Source: Lama glama
Taxonomy: Eukaryota
Assembly (NCBI GenBank): GCA_028534125.1
Contig: CM052816.1
Coordinates: 310,001 to 374,000, forward strand
Direction: 5' to 3'
Length of the DNA: 64,000 nt
The first letter of the stretch is position 1; the number at the start of each line of letters is the position of its first letter. A program made the position numbers and the translations under genes. A model generated the notes under the pieces. The model saw nothing but the letters and a program-made list of their open reading frames with translations, searched no databases and was not told the origin of the DNA. Below, in pieces: positions 10,830 through 23,311 of the stretch.

Positions 10830-11300
10830 CTCTGTCTGATTGTCCCCCTTTCCCCTCCCTTCTCCCCTCCTCCCTTTGTTGATTCCTTCTACTCCGTTTC
10901 TGGTCCTGTTTCGTCTTCTTGCCTCTCTGACTCCCCTCCACCATATCTGGCCCTTCCTACTCTGTCCACTCTGCCTCTCTCCACTTCCTTCTGTCTGCTT
11001 CCCACTCTGTCTTCTCCCCCTCTGTCTATACCTTCTCTGTCCACATCCCCTCTGTCTCATTCCCCACCCCCCATCTATGCCCCGTTGTCCACACCCTCCT
11101 CTGTGCACACCCCTTTTATCCACACTTCCTTTGTCCCCTCCCTTCTGTCCATGCTCCCTCTGTCCTGTTTTCCCTCTGTCCACACTTCTCCATCCTCACC
11201 CCCTCTGTCTGCTCCTTCATCCCACTCTCCTGCCTCCTCCCCCTCCCTCCTCTGACCACTTTCCCTCTGTCCCGTTTCCTCTCCATCCACACCCGCTTTG
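10830..11300. repeat. Low-complexity C/T-rich intronic tract (CCCTCTGTCC-like units)
   Basis: About 470 nt, strongly pyrimidine-biased on the + strand. Confidence 0.8.
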
Positions 11301-11325
11301 TCCACCTGTATGTGGCTCCCAACAG

Positions 11326-11607
11326 CCCCGGGGCTGACGACCAAGCGTCCAGCAGCGGCGGCAACAGCAAGGGAGGTGCTGGCCCGGCTGCACGAGGAGG
11401 CCCAGCTCCTGGCCGAGCTGTCGGACCAGGCTGCAGCTGTGACATGGCTCAAAGATGGACACACGCTGCCCCCAGGCCCCAAGTACGAGGTGCAGGCATC
11501 AGCTGGCCGGCGGGCACTGCTGGTGCGGGATGTGAAGCAAGAAGACGCGGGCCTGTATGAGTGTGTCAGCCACGGGAGCCGCATTGCCTACCAGCTGTTG
11601 GTGCAAG
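11326..11607 (+). CDS. OBSCN: Obscurin Ig exon (APGLTTKRP...EVLARLHEEAQLLAELSDQ...), 282 nt
   Basis: AACAG|CC acceptor, AAG|GTGACA donor. Confidence 0.9.
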
Positions 11608-12322
11608 GTGACACTGGGACGTGTGTGTGTGTGTCCATGTCCCTTCTGGGCCGCCACCATGGCCAGGGCCACACATTCTGTCCTCCAGCTCCAGGGGGTC
11701 TGGGGGTTCTGAGCGGCAGGAGCTGCTATTCTCTGTCCCTGTGGGGAAGGTGGGGGAGCAGGCTGGCTCAGGTAACCCCCAGGGAGCTGGGGGACTGGGG
11801 GCTATGCTGACCCCATGGTGGGGGTTGGGGATAAAGCAGCTCTGCCAGCCCCGTGAAGAGGATGGGGAGTCAGACAGGTCTAGGTGACCCTGAGGGGAAG
11901 GCAGGGGTGTTGGGGGGGAGCTCAGCCCACCTTGTGGGGACAGTTGGGGAATGGGGTGGAGGCAGGTGACCCTACTGGGAAGGCAGGGGACCGAGTAACT
12001 CCGCTGGCCGACCTTGTGAGGAGGCTAGGGAGTCAGGGCAGGCTCAAGTGAGCCCCAAGAGTAGGTAGGGGGAACCAGGGACCCCCACCAACCCCATTGG
12101 GGGGCCCTGCTCAGTAGCAGGGGAGCTGCCTGGTGGGTGGCAGGTGGGTGGCTGGAAGTCAGCAGCTGAGGCTGGCCGCCTCTCTGAGGGGGCCTTGGTC
12201 TGGTCGAGGGCCCGGTGTCTGGCATGATCCTGAGGCCCCCATCACCTTCACCTGCTAGCCGCATGGGCGTGTGCACGATCAGGACCCTATCGGCCCCCTG
12301 ACCTGCCCATGTGCCCTTGTAG

Positions 12323-12598
12323 GCCTCACACCTTTTCTGCACAAGGACACGGCTGGTGGCTGTGTGGACGCTGTGGCCGGGGGCCCAGCCCGCTTTGAAT
12401 GCGAGACCTCAGAGGCCCACACGCGTGTGCACTGGTACAAGGATGGCGTAGAGCTCAGCAAAGCCAGCCAGCACTTCTCTCAGGAAGACGAGGGTACGCG
12501 GCACCGACTGGTGGCTGCTTCCGTCACTGCGCGGGATGAGGGCACCTACTCCTGCCGAGTGGGGGAGGACTCCGTGGACTTCCGGCTGCGCGTCTGCG
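12323..12598 (+). CDS. OBSCN: Obscurin Ig exon (GLTPFLHKD...ARFECETSEAH...), 276 nt
   Basis: TGTAG|GC acceptor, GCG|GTGAGT donor. Confidence 0.94.
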
Positions 12599-13293
12599 GT
12601 GAGTGCACCTCCTCCCAGGCTTGTGAGGTGGGGAGCAGGTCTGGCTGCATCCAGCTGTCCAGCATTTGCAAGGCCAAGCTGTCTCTCCCTTCATTTCCTC
12701 TTAGAATACTTGGGGGTGGGGGCAGTTGTTTCTAGATTTGGGCAAAGAAATTACCCACAAAACTAACATACATATGGGTGAAAAATGTGGGTCTGGAAAA
12801 TAAAAGATAAGAAGGAAATTTGAAGCCCTTGTCGTCTTTAAAGATGAGATAAGGTGGGGCAAACCCGAAAAGTGCTGAAATTGTCCTTAGAAAGTTCGAT
12901 TTGGATCTGGCTGAATCTGAGGCCTTGGTTCTTTCTAGAAGCCTTGGGTTCTCTTGGCAGATCCACTAAGTCTGCCAAGAAGGACTCTGCCATGCCCTGC
13001 TGCCCCCCCCACACCGCCCTCCGTCTGAGCCCAGGCTCCGGGGCACGGCTGCCACGGGGCACCGCGGAGCTCTGAGGCTGCTTCCTACCACACCCAGGAG
13101 GGGTTGGGGCATCTGGCCCACCTGTGCCCATGGAAGGTTCCCTGTGCAGCACCTGGTCACAGAGGATCCCTGTGGTGGGGACCCAAGGCTGCCAGGGGTC
13201 TAGAGCTTAGGTCTGCTGTGGCTCCAGGACTTAGGGAACCTCATCTTGCCAGGGCTTCTGACCGTATATCCCTCCCTCCCTCCCTGTCCCCAG

Positions 13294-13569
13294 AGCCCTC
13301 AGCGGTCTTTGCCAAGGAGCAGCCAGCGCGCAGTGAAGTGCAGGCTGTGGCGGGGGCCAGTGCCACGCTGAGCTGTGAGGTGGCCCAGGCCCAGACGGAG
13401 GTGACGTGGTACAAGGACGGCAAGAGGCTGAGCTCCAGCTCAAAAGTGCGTGTGGAGGCCGCGGGCCGCACCCGGAGGCTGGTGGTGCAGCAGGTGGGCA
13501 AGGCGGACGCTGGGGAGTACAGCTGCGAGGCCGGGGGCCAGAGGGTCTCCTTCCGCCTGGACGTCACAG
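13294..13569 (+). CDS. OBSCN: Obscurin array-A Ig exon, copy A1 (EPSAVFAKEQ...AQAQTEVTWYKDG), 276 nt
   Basis: CCCCAG|AG acceptor, CAG|GTCAGT donor, intact Ig C-W-C. Confidence 0.95.
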
Positions 13570-13689
13570 GTCAGTTGATGAAGCAGATGTTGGAGCATTT
13601 CACAGGAACAGGCCTGGAGGAACCATATCAGCATGGGGGACGGCAGCAGACTCATTGGCCCGTATCAGGCAGTCACACAAATAGCTCCA

Positions 13690-14150
13690 GACCTCAGTAG
13701 CCCAGGGGAATAATCCACGGGCAGGAATTTAAGCAGTGCTCAGCACGCGTGGCTCATCTCTGCTCCACGTGATGGTGGCCGGGACGGGAGGCTCCAGCCT
13801 GGCCTCAGATGTCCTAGTCAGGGGCCTGGCAAGGATGGCAGGCCAGGATGGCAGGCCTCTCTCTTCTGGAGCTGTTGGCTGGGCTCATTCCTATGTCTGG
13901 GACCATGTTGTCCTCTGCTCTGGGGCCATGCTCTCCAGGTACATTGCATTCTCAGGGCCTCTTTCTCCATGTGGATCACCTGAGCTCCTTCATGTGGTGG
14001 CTGGGTTCCATTCAGGGAACAGTAAATGCTTCAGGGTTTGTTAAGGTTTGCTTTCACCAGTCCCAGAATATTCCACGTTCTATTGCGCAGAGCCAGGCAT
14101 AAGGCGGGCCTTGTTCCCGGAGGGTGGAGAGGTAGACCCCACTGTTGACG
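13690..14150. mobile_element. Old MaLR (MLT1-like) LTR remnant; boundaries approximate
   Basis: GGCTCATCTCTGCTCCAC...TCTCCATGTGG...GGTGGCTGGGTTCC motifs typical of old MLT1 LTRs. Confidence 0.45.
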
Positions 14151-14349
14151 AGGGATCCTTTGGCTCACTGAGGACAATTTCTCAAAGTCCATCACAGGGA
14201 CACAGGCTCTGCCTATGTCTCTGCTGACCTGAGAATGAGATGAAGATCTCTCTAATGCTTATTGCCTCATGGTCACAAGATGGCTTCCACAGCGTCAGCC
14301 ATCATGTTCAAGGTGGGAAGAACATACAAAGATTGTGTGTGTGCTTGCT

Positions 14350-14895
14350 TTTTTCCTTTTTTCACTGCTGTACAGCAAATTATCACAAACACAGTGGCTT
14401 AAAACAACACTCGTCTGTTAGTTCATAGTTCTGTAGGTCAAAATTCAGGATGTGGTGTGGCTGGATTCTCTTATCAGGGTCTCAAGGGCTGTAATCCATG
14501 TGCCATCTGGCTGAGTTCTCTTGGAGTCATCTTCCAAGCTCATCCAAACTGCTAGCTGAATTGATTTCCTTGTGGTTCTGGGTCTAAGGCTGTCTCCTGG
14601 CTGGCTGGCAGTCAGAGGCTGCTCTCATGTCCTTTTCCACTCAGCCCCTCATGTCCATTCACTCTCATGTTTCGAATCTCTTTGGCCAGAAAGAGCCCCC
14701 TTGCTTCGAAGGTCTCAGATGATTAGGCCAGGTGCACCCAGGATAACCTTGTTAATGAACTCATAGTCAACTGATCTGGGACCTAAATTCCTTCTGCAGA
14801 ATCCCTTCACAGCAGTGCCCGGATTAGTGTTTGTGACATAGCCTGGAGAAGGTGCATGCACACCATGGGGCAGGGATCCTGGGAGCAGTCCTACC
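14350..14895. mobile_element. MaLR/LTR-like remnant (MLT1-like end); boundaries approximate
   Basis: GCTGTACAGCAAATTATCACAAACACAGTGGCTTAAAACAACAC is a typical MaLR LTR terminus in reverse orientation. Confidence 0.55.
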
Positions 14896-15224
14896 CAGCT
14901 CAGGATGTCACCAGCTCTTTCTTCTATTCAGAGAGCAGATTTCCCCTTGTGCCTCTCAGTGTTGTGTGGGTCCACTGGCACCTTGCTGCAGATAGCCTGG
15001 AAAAGTGAATCCCTAACCTTCCGACCTCAGCAGTGGGACACTGAGGATGGCATTAGTGGGCCTGTGGTGGTGTGGCTGTCATGGCTCTGCTGAGGGACTT
15101 GTGGCACTGGCCCATACTGACACCCAGAGTGGCTACACCCTGATTTTGGACACCCACTTTGAGGCGGGCTGTGGAGGGATCTGTGTGGACCTCTTAGCAG
15201 CCAGGTGACCTTAGGCAAGTTGTC

Positions 15225-15630
15225 AATGTCATGTCTTCCTGAAATTCACATCTACCTGGAAACTCAGCAGCATGACCTTAACTGGAAATGGGGTCTTTGC
15301 AGATGACATCGTGGTAAGGATCTCAAGATGAGATGACCCTGGATTAGGGTGGGCTTTGAGAGAAAGGAGAGGGAGATTTGAGACACAGACGTGAGGAGAC
15401 AGCCATGTGGTGACAGAGGCAGAGACAGGGGTGGTGCAGTCACAGCCCATGGATTCCTGGAGCCACCAGGAGCTGGAAGATGCAGAAAGGATCTGCCCTC
15501 ACAGCCTCCAGAGGGAGCTCACGCCTTGATCTCAGACTTCTTGTGTCCAGAACAGGGAGAGCAGAAATTCGTGTTGTCTAAGCCCCCTGTCTGTGGTCAT
15601 TTGTTATGGCCACCCAGGACCTCATACAGT
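15225..15630 (+). mobile_element. MLT1 (MaLR) solo LTR
   Basis: GGAAATGGGGTCTTTGCAGATG...GAGCCACCAGGAGCTGGAAGA...TGTGGTCATTTGTTATGGC. Confidence 0.75.
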
Positions 15631-16785
15631 TGCCCCCCACCCCAGTTTCTTCATCTGTGCAGTGGGGCAGTAACAGAGCTGCTAATTCTGTGCTGAGGAC
15701 TCTGTCCCCAAACCCATCCCCACCCCTCCAGGAGTGGCATGGGCTGTCTCCCCTCAAGGTACTGTAAATTATGGCCACTGGGCTGAGATTCTGGGGGCAA
15801 GATAGGTCAAGGGAAGAGGGAAGAGCTTGACTGGTGAACAGAGGCCGAGACGTCAGGGCCCTGGCATCAGGTACTGGAGGAAGAACCCAAGTGTGTCAGA
15901 CAGGGTGGCGCTTCACTGAGTGTGCATCGGGGTCTCCAGGAAGTTCTGGATGGCGGTGTGAGAAGGCAGGGGCAGGTGCTCGGCCCCTGGTCCTGTTGAG
16001 TGGCGTGTGCTCCAGCGCCTGAGCCCTGATGCTCAGAGAAGCCACATCGGTTGTGCAACCTCAGTTTCTCATCTGTATAGTGGGCATAGTGAGGTCCCCT
16101 CAGTTCGAGGGCTGTCCAGGGAGTTCGACTGAGCAGGCACTTGTCAAGGGCTGCACACAGCACCGAGCCACCATGCTCCATCTGTGCTGCCTGCCCCAAA
16201 CTCTTCCTTGGGAACACACTGCTCTAAACAGGGGACACAGGCTTGTGTGTTCACAGGCTCACCCAGCTGTGTCCACAGTTGTGCACTTGAATGACAGGCA
16301 GTGAAGCCATTCCGCATGGGGCTGTGGGGTTCTGTGTGGCAGGAGCAGGAGCCCTTCAGGCTGCCAGGGTTTCATCCCAAACTGGTGGTCTTTGCATGAG
16401 ATTTTTCTTTAAATTGGATCTTAAAAACTTTTGTAATGCCCATCTAAGTCCCCCTTAGCCGCAGCATCTGTGTAGTTTGTATTTAAGAGGCTAATTTTGC
16501 CTTCTGATGTACATTCAAATGGATACACAATTGTTGAGATAAACACTGTTCACTCTCATTCCACTGGGGCCCTGTCACCCATTCTGGAGACTTGGACCAA
16601 TGTCTGTGGCCCAAGTGAGAAGGAGTTGGGAAGCAGGGTTCCTTGGTGACAAAGGAAAGTCCAAACTACTAGTTTCTAATGAATGAGTTTGACATATTAT
16701 AGTTATGTGCAGGGCTTCTCATGTGCCATTAATCCATTAATTCTACCTTCTGCCTTTTTTTTTCTGTCCTAAAGAATTTTTACTT

Positions 16786-16931
16786 ATAAGGGTGAGGGTA
16801 TAGCTCAATGGTAGAATGTGTGCTTAGCGTCCATGAGGTTCTGGGTTCAATCCCCAGTACTGCCACTTAAAAATAAATAAATAAATAAACTTAGTTTACC
16901 CCTCGCACCCCCCCAAATAATCTTTAAAAAA
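16786..16931 (+). mobile_element. tRNA-derived SINE (camelid-type) with a 15-bp target-site duplication
   Basis: A box TAGCTCAATGG, B box GGTTCAATCCC, (AAAT)n and A-tail. TSD AAAGAATTTTTACTT at 16771-16785 and 16932-16946. Confidence 0.88.
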
Positions 16932-17319
16932 AAAGAATTTTTACTTTTAAACATGCAACTGGTTTTGCTCCACTTACTTGCCTTAGGGAGGCCTTTTATA
17001 AGACAGAAGTATCAGAAAATTTGGGAATTTCATTATTTCAGCCTCATCCTGCACTTAAATTTTAAAAAAGGAAACCTGTAAAAGCTGATTTAAAACTAGC
17101 CTGTGCGATGAATCAGCTTGTGAAGGTTTGTTGACTCACCTCTCTAAGCCTTCTTGCAGTAGGCAGAGCACGGAGCCCTCGCGCCACAGGGAGCTCGGCC
17201 TCCTGAGGTCAAATGCAGTCCCGAACTGTCCTGGGTGAGCTTTATTCTGCATCTGTTGATGGAATCATGGGGTTTCTACTTTAGACTATGAATATGGAGG
17301 ATTACACTGACTGATTTTT

Positions 17320-19020
17320 TAAAAACTGAGTAATTCATGTCATAAAATTCATCATTTACAGTATACAATTTCGTGGGTTTTAGTATATTCACAGGTTGTG
17401 CAACCACACCACAGTCTAATGCTAGAACATTTTCATGACTCCCAAAAAGCAACCCTGCTCCCACTATTCATCACTTCCATCTTGCCTTTCCCATCCTTGG
17501 CAACCACTAATCCACTTTCTGTCTCTGTGGATTTGACTCTTCTGAACATTTCCTTTCAGTGGAATCATATGAGATGTGGGTGCTTGTATCTGCTTTTTTC
17601 ACTGAGCATAATGTTTACAAGGTTCATCCATGCCATAGCAGGTGTTAATAATTCTTTCCTTTTTCATGGCCAAGTAATATTCCTTTGTGTGCACATATCA
17701 CTTTTTGTCTATCCATTCATCAGCTAATGGACAGATGTTTCCACTTTTTGACTGTTGTGAAAGTGCTACTATGAATATTCTTATATAAGCTTTTGTGTGA
17801 ACATATATTTTCAGTTCTCTTGGAATTGCTGAGTCATATAATAATTTTGTGTTTAACTTCCTGAGGGGCTTCCAGAGTGGCTGCACCATTTTACATTTCC
17901 AACAGCAATGTTTGAAGGTTCGATTTTTTTCCACATCCTTACCAACACTTGTTATTTTTGGTTTATTTATTTGATGATAGCCATCCTGTTGTGTATGAGG
18001 TAGTATCTGATTGGTTTGATTTACATTTCTTTTATGACCAATTGTGCTGAACATTTATTCATGTGCATTTGGCCGTTTGTGTATCTTCTTTGGAGAAATG
18101 TCTATTTAAATCCTTTGCCTATTTTTAATTGTTATTTATCTTTTAATTATCAAATTGTAAGAGTTCTTCATATATTCTGAATACTAGAGCCTTATTAGAT
18201 ATATGATTTGCAAATGTTTTCTCCCTTTCATTTCATTAATGGTATCCCTTGATGCTCAGAAATTTTTAAATTGTGATGAAGACCAGTTTATCCCCTTTGG
18301 TTGCTTGTGTGTTAGGTGTCACATCTAAGAAACCATTGCCTAATCCAAGGTCAAATAGATTGACATCTGTTTTCTTCTAAGAGTTTTTTAAGTTTTAGCT
18401 CTTATATTTAGGTATTTGATTCATTTTTGTGTTGATTTTTGTGTATGATGTAAGTAGGAGTCCAGCTTCATCCTTTCCATATGGATATCCAGTTGTCATA
18501 GCACCATCTGTTGAAAAGAATTTTTCACCATTGAATTTTCTTGGCATCCTTGTTGAAAATCAATTAACCATTGATTAAGAACTTATTTCTGGATTCTTAA
18601 TTTTATTCCATTGATATATATGTCTACCTGTCTATCCTTATGTCCATACCACACAGTCTTGATTACTGAAGCTTTGTGGTACATTTTGCAATTGGGAAGT
18701 GTGACTCCTTTAACTTTTTTTTTCAACATTGATTTGGCTCCTTGAGGTCCCTTGCATTTCCACAATGATTTTAGGATCATCTTTTCAAATTTTGCAAAAA
18801 AAAAAAGGCAGCTGGCATTTCTATTGGCTTTGCATTGAATGTGTAGATCAATTTGAGGAGTATTGCCATCTTAACAATATTAGTCTTCTAATCCACAAAT
18901 ATGAGATGACTTTCTATTTGTTTTAGTCTTTTAAATTTCTTTTAATGATGTTTTATAGTTTTCAGTGTACAGTACTTCTGCTTGTTTCATTAAGTTTGTT
19001 GCTGAGTATTTTATTCTTGT
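17320..19020 (-). mobile_element. Old LINE-1 ORF2 3' part plus 3' UTR, antisense
   Basis: Minus-strand ORFs MVQPLWKPLRKLNTKLLYDSAIP and TLPNCKMYHKASVIKTVWYGHKDRQVD resemble L1 ORF2. Confidence 0.85.
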
Positions 19021-19079
19021 TTTGGGGAGATGGAGATAATTAGGTTTATTTATTTGTTTAATTAATTATTATTTTTTAA

Positions 19080-20670
19080 ATTTTATTTTATTGAGTTATA
19101 GTCAGTTTACAATGCTGTGTCAATTTCCAGTGTACAGGACAATTTTTCAGTTATACATGAACATACATATATTCATTGCCACATTCTTTTTCACTGTGAG
19201 CTACCACAAGGTCTTGTATATATTTCCCTGCGCTATACAGTATAATCTTGTTTATCTATTCTACATATGCCTATCAGTATCTACAAATTTCAAACTCCCA
19301 GTCTGTCCCTTCCCACCATCCTCCCCTCTGGCAACCACAAGTTTGTATTCTGTGTCTGTGAGTCACTCTGATATTCTTTATATTTTCCAACTCTTTGCTA
19401 AAAACTTCACTCTGTGCATCTACATTCCTCTTGAGGTCTCTGAACATCTTTGACATCATTACTTTGAACTCTTTCTCAGATAAATTGCCTATGTCCTCAT
19501 CATTTATTTCTTCTTTTGGGATTTTATCTTATGCCTTGGCCTGGGAGATATTCCTCTGCCGCTTCATATTGTTTATCTTCCTGTTTGTATTTTTAGGTAG
19601 CTTAGCTGCATTTCTCGACCTTGGAAAGATGGCCCTCTGCGGGAGAGGTCGTATGCATCCCAGCAGTACACTCTTCTCTTGTCACCCAAGGGCCAGGGTC
19701 CATCCAGTCCAAATATAGATTCTGGACTGTTTTTGTGGAGTCCTTCCACAGGCTTTGGGATTGTTGTTTTGTTATTTCTGGCATCTGCCCCTGGTGGATG
19801 AGGCTGGACTAGAGGCTTATGCAGATTTCCTGGCAGGAGGAACTAGTGCCTGCCCACTGTTGGGTGAGGCTTGGTCCTGGACCTTGGCAGGAGGAGGGGT
19901 GGGGTAGGGGAAGGCTCCGTCTAGAGGACTTTGTGGCTCAGGAAGTCTGCTGATGGGGGCTGTGTTCCCACCCTGTATGTTGTTCGGCCTGAGGCTACCC
20001 AGTCTTTAAGCCTACAGGCTGTTGGGTGGGGCTGGGTCTTGGTGCTAATGATCAAATCAAGATGTCAGCCTCCAGGAAAGCTCATGTAGGTGAACACTCC
20101 TGGAATGTCCACCACCAGCTTTTGTGTCCCCTGGGTGAGCTGCAGCCATCCCCTGTCTCCCCAGGAGACCCTCCAAAACCAGCAGGCAGGCCTGGCCCAG
20201 GTTCCTATGAAATCACTGCCTCTGCTTTTGGACTCAAGATTCTATGTATGCTTCCCAAGAGAGTGAAGTTCTGTTTCCCCCACTCCCTTGGGGCTCCTGG
20301 AGTTAAGCCCCACTGGCCTTCAAAACCAGATGTCCTGGGGTCTCCTCCTCCGAAAGCCAGAACCGTAGGCTGGGGAGCCTGACGTGGGGCTTAGAACTCT
20401 CACTCCCATGGGAGAGCCTCTGTGATTTAATTATTCTTCAGCTTATGGGCTGACCACCCGGTGGGGTATGGGGCCCAATTATATCACGAGCACGCCCCTC
20501 CTACCATCCTGCTGTGGTTCTCTCTTTATGTTTCCAGTTGAAAGTGATCTTCTTTGCTAAGTTCCAGTCTTTTTTTCAATGGTTGTCTGGCAGTCAGTTG
20601 TGGTTTCGTTGTAGTTGTGAGGAGAGGTGAGCTCGTGGTCCTACCATTCCACCATCTTGACGGGAAATCT
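19080..20670 (-). mobile_element. Internally deleted LINE-1: 5' UTR and ORF1 N-terminus joined to the 3' UTR and A-tail
   Basis: Minus-strand KMFRDLKRNVDAQSEVFSKELENIK is ORF1-like and runs at ~19362 directly into L1 3' UTR-like GACTCACAGACACAGAATACAAACTTGTGGTTGCCAG. A GC-richer 5' UTR-like stretch ends near CAAGATGG at ~20655. Confidence 0.65.
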
Positions 20671-21189
20671 ACCTACACATATTTGAAGTGAGTTTCCTGT
20701 GGACATCATAAAGCTGAGTCATTTTTACCCATCTTATAATCAGTGTGTTTCAACTGCATTACTTATTAATGAAATAATTGATTTGTTTGAATTCTGGTCT
20801 ACCGTTTTATTATTTATTTCTGTTTTTCCTCCCTTTTGTTTCTCTTTCACCTTTCCTGCCTTTTTTGGGTTATTCATGATGTTTTTAGTATTCCATTTTA
20901 ATTAATCTATTCTGAATTTGTATGTATTATTGTGTCATCACCCTAGGAATTGCACTAAACATACTCAACTCCTCAGCATTTACTTAGAATCAATATTTTA
21001 CTACTTCAGTTGAGATGTAGAACTCACATAGGTCCTTTTGTCTTCCTTCCTTTATGTTGTTTGTTATCTTCTTTATTATCTCCATGTGCATTGAAAACCT
21101 CATCAGACAATGTGATGGTTCTTGCTTTTAACTATGAAACATATTTTAAAGAATTCAAGAGGAGAGATATAGTCTGTTTTATTTACCCA

Positions 21190-21380
21190 GTGTATTAGTC
21201 AGCTCAGGCTGCTGTAACAAAATGCCACTAGCTGTGTGGCTTGAACAACAGAAATTTATTTTGTTGCAATTCTGGAAGCTGAAGTCAAAGATCAAAGTTT
21301 CAGCATGGTCCATTTCTTGTGAGGGCTCTCTTCCTGGCTTGTAGATGGCTGTATCCTCACATCGCCTTTCCTCTGTGGGC
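21190..21380 (-). mobile_element. MLT1 LTR fragment
   Basis: TGTATTAGTCAGCTCAGGCTGCTGTAACAAAATGCCAC...GGCTTGAACAACAGAAATTTATT. Confidence 0.7.
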
Positions 21381-22163
21381 AGAATGTAGCAAAGTCAGGG
21401 TAAGTTAATAATCGAACTGGCAAGGAAAAAAGGGGAAATTTCCAGGTGCTGGAAGTTAAGTTGGAATGGAAGACAAGCAGTGAGTGATGAGTTGGTGCTC
21501 AGATGCTGTGGTGGGGTTTTTGGTTCCAGGGACCTGCATTTGACTTGTAAATAAGCAGTGGGAACTTTGGTTCAAGAGAGTTGAGGAAGTGGAACTGATA
21601 CCACCCTATACAAATCTGGGAACCTTGTAGACCCACATCGTTAAGGAAGAGATGGACCAGAAAAGCAATCTCTCTATGACCCAGGGAGGCTTCAAGGTGC
21701 TTGTCTGTCTCCCTTAGCTTGGGAGGGAAAGGAAATGGAAACCTGTTTTTCACTCTGGATTGGAGTTTGAATTTATAATATTGAGATCCCAGACTGAGAA
21801 GTTAACCTACAAACAGGGTTCCAGGCCAGTGATACTCCTGAAGTAAGACACTCAGGAGGGATATAGCCACTACCCAGGCCATACGTAGTTACCGTCAATT
21901 AAAGAAACCCTGCTGAAGATGCTTTAACAATAAAAATCTAAGCACCAGAGGAACAATTCAATATAAATGAGAGTTGGAAGTTACAAATAAGAGCAAGATT
22001 AGACCAGGAACTTCAGATGATAGAACGACAATCTGAAAGAGTATCTGAAATTGTCTCCTTAAAATGACTAAAGAGATAAATGGAAGATTTGAAAACATAA
22101 GAAGAAGTGAAACATTAGGAAAGAGAACAGGCAGATGTAAAGAAACAAATGAAGTTTCATGAG

Positions 22164-22329
22164 ATTTCTTCTGTATAGCGCAGGGAACTTTGTTCAATAT
22201 CTTGTAATAACCTTTAATGAAAAAGAATTTGAAAACAAATATATGTATGTATATGCATGACTGGGACATTGTGCTGTACACCGGAAATTGACACATTGTA
22301 ACAGACTGTACGTCAATTAAAAAAAAAAA
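22164..22329 (+). mobile_element. Short 5'-truncated L1 3' end with poly(A) and TSD, inserted into older A-rich L1/HAL1-like sequence
   Basis: CTGTATAGCGCAGGGAACT...TGTGCTGTACACCGGAAATTGACAC...A-tail. Near-identical flanks GAAGTTTCATGAG (22151-22163) and GAAATTTCATGAG (22330-22342). Confidence 0.8.
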
Positions 22330-23311
22330 GAAATTTCATGAGTGGGAAACACAACATTTGTAGTGAAAGAAGTCATGTGGAGAAGTTTTAGAAATGGTAA
22401 AAGGCATGAATCCTAAACTTCAAGATTCACAAGAAATAATGGGAAATGTAAAGAAAACAAATTCACAGCTAAACACATAATAGGAAACTGCAGAAAGCCA
22501 AAAGCCAAAAGCAGATCTTAAAAACCTTAAAAACAGAAAAAAAAAGATTTATGGAATGACAGTTATCCTTCCTATAGATTTTTCAACAGCAATAAAGAGC
22601 AGAGAAAGGATGGCATAATTTCCAAATCACTGAGGGAAAATAATTATCTACCTAGAATTCTATATCCAGCTAAGCTATCATTCAAAAGTCAAGGTGAAAT
22701 AAAGACACTTTCAGAAAGTAAATGGAGTGAATGTGCCGTTCAGAAAATCTTGCTAAAAGAATTACCAGTGGATATACTTCATAAGGAAGAAAATCTAGTC
22801 TAGAGTAACAGAATGGCTCCTAGAGTAATGTGATGTGAAACAAATGAAGCAAGTTAATAAAAAACAGCATCTGATCCCAAGGCCAAGGTTTTGGTCATAC
22901 CAATGGTGACTGGCCTGCTAGAAGTTGTAGACTGCGATAGCATATTCGTGTTCCTGTGACTCAGGGTTATTGCCTGTTCTTGGTGACATCACGTAAGAAA
23001 TTCTTCCTGAAAATACCTATGCTTTGATGTGTCAGCCACAAATTATAGCTCCCTTTGTTGGGATAAGTATGAGGTCACAGCTGATACGTAGATGCCAGAT
23101 CTTGAATTGTAACATATGCCAACCTAAAAATTACTGAACTAGGAGGACTCACCTGTTCCCAGTGTTGTGCATTTTTTGAGTGTGAGGTTCTCTGTGTTGA
23201 GAGGGCTTGGAAGAGGGCAGACTTGTGACCAAGGCATCATGGTTTTGAGATCTGGAAGGAATCTCCTTCCCCAGTTATAGAAATTTGAATGTCCCTTTGT
23301 GTTCCTTCCTG

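Noticed and set aside
10035..11183. 382-aa minus-strand ORF
   Set aside because: It results from a purine-rich low-complexity tract plus the antisense of a GC-rich exon, and shows no domain features.
16791..16862. tRNA gene
   Set aside because: The A and B boxes are followed by a SINE tail and flanked by a TSD, so it is a SINE.
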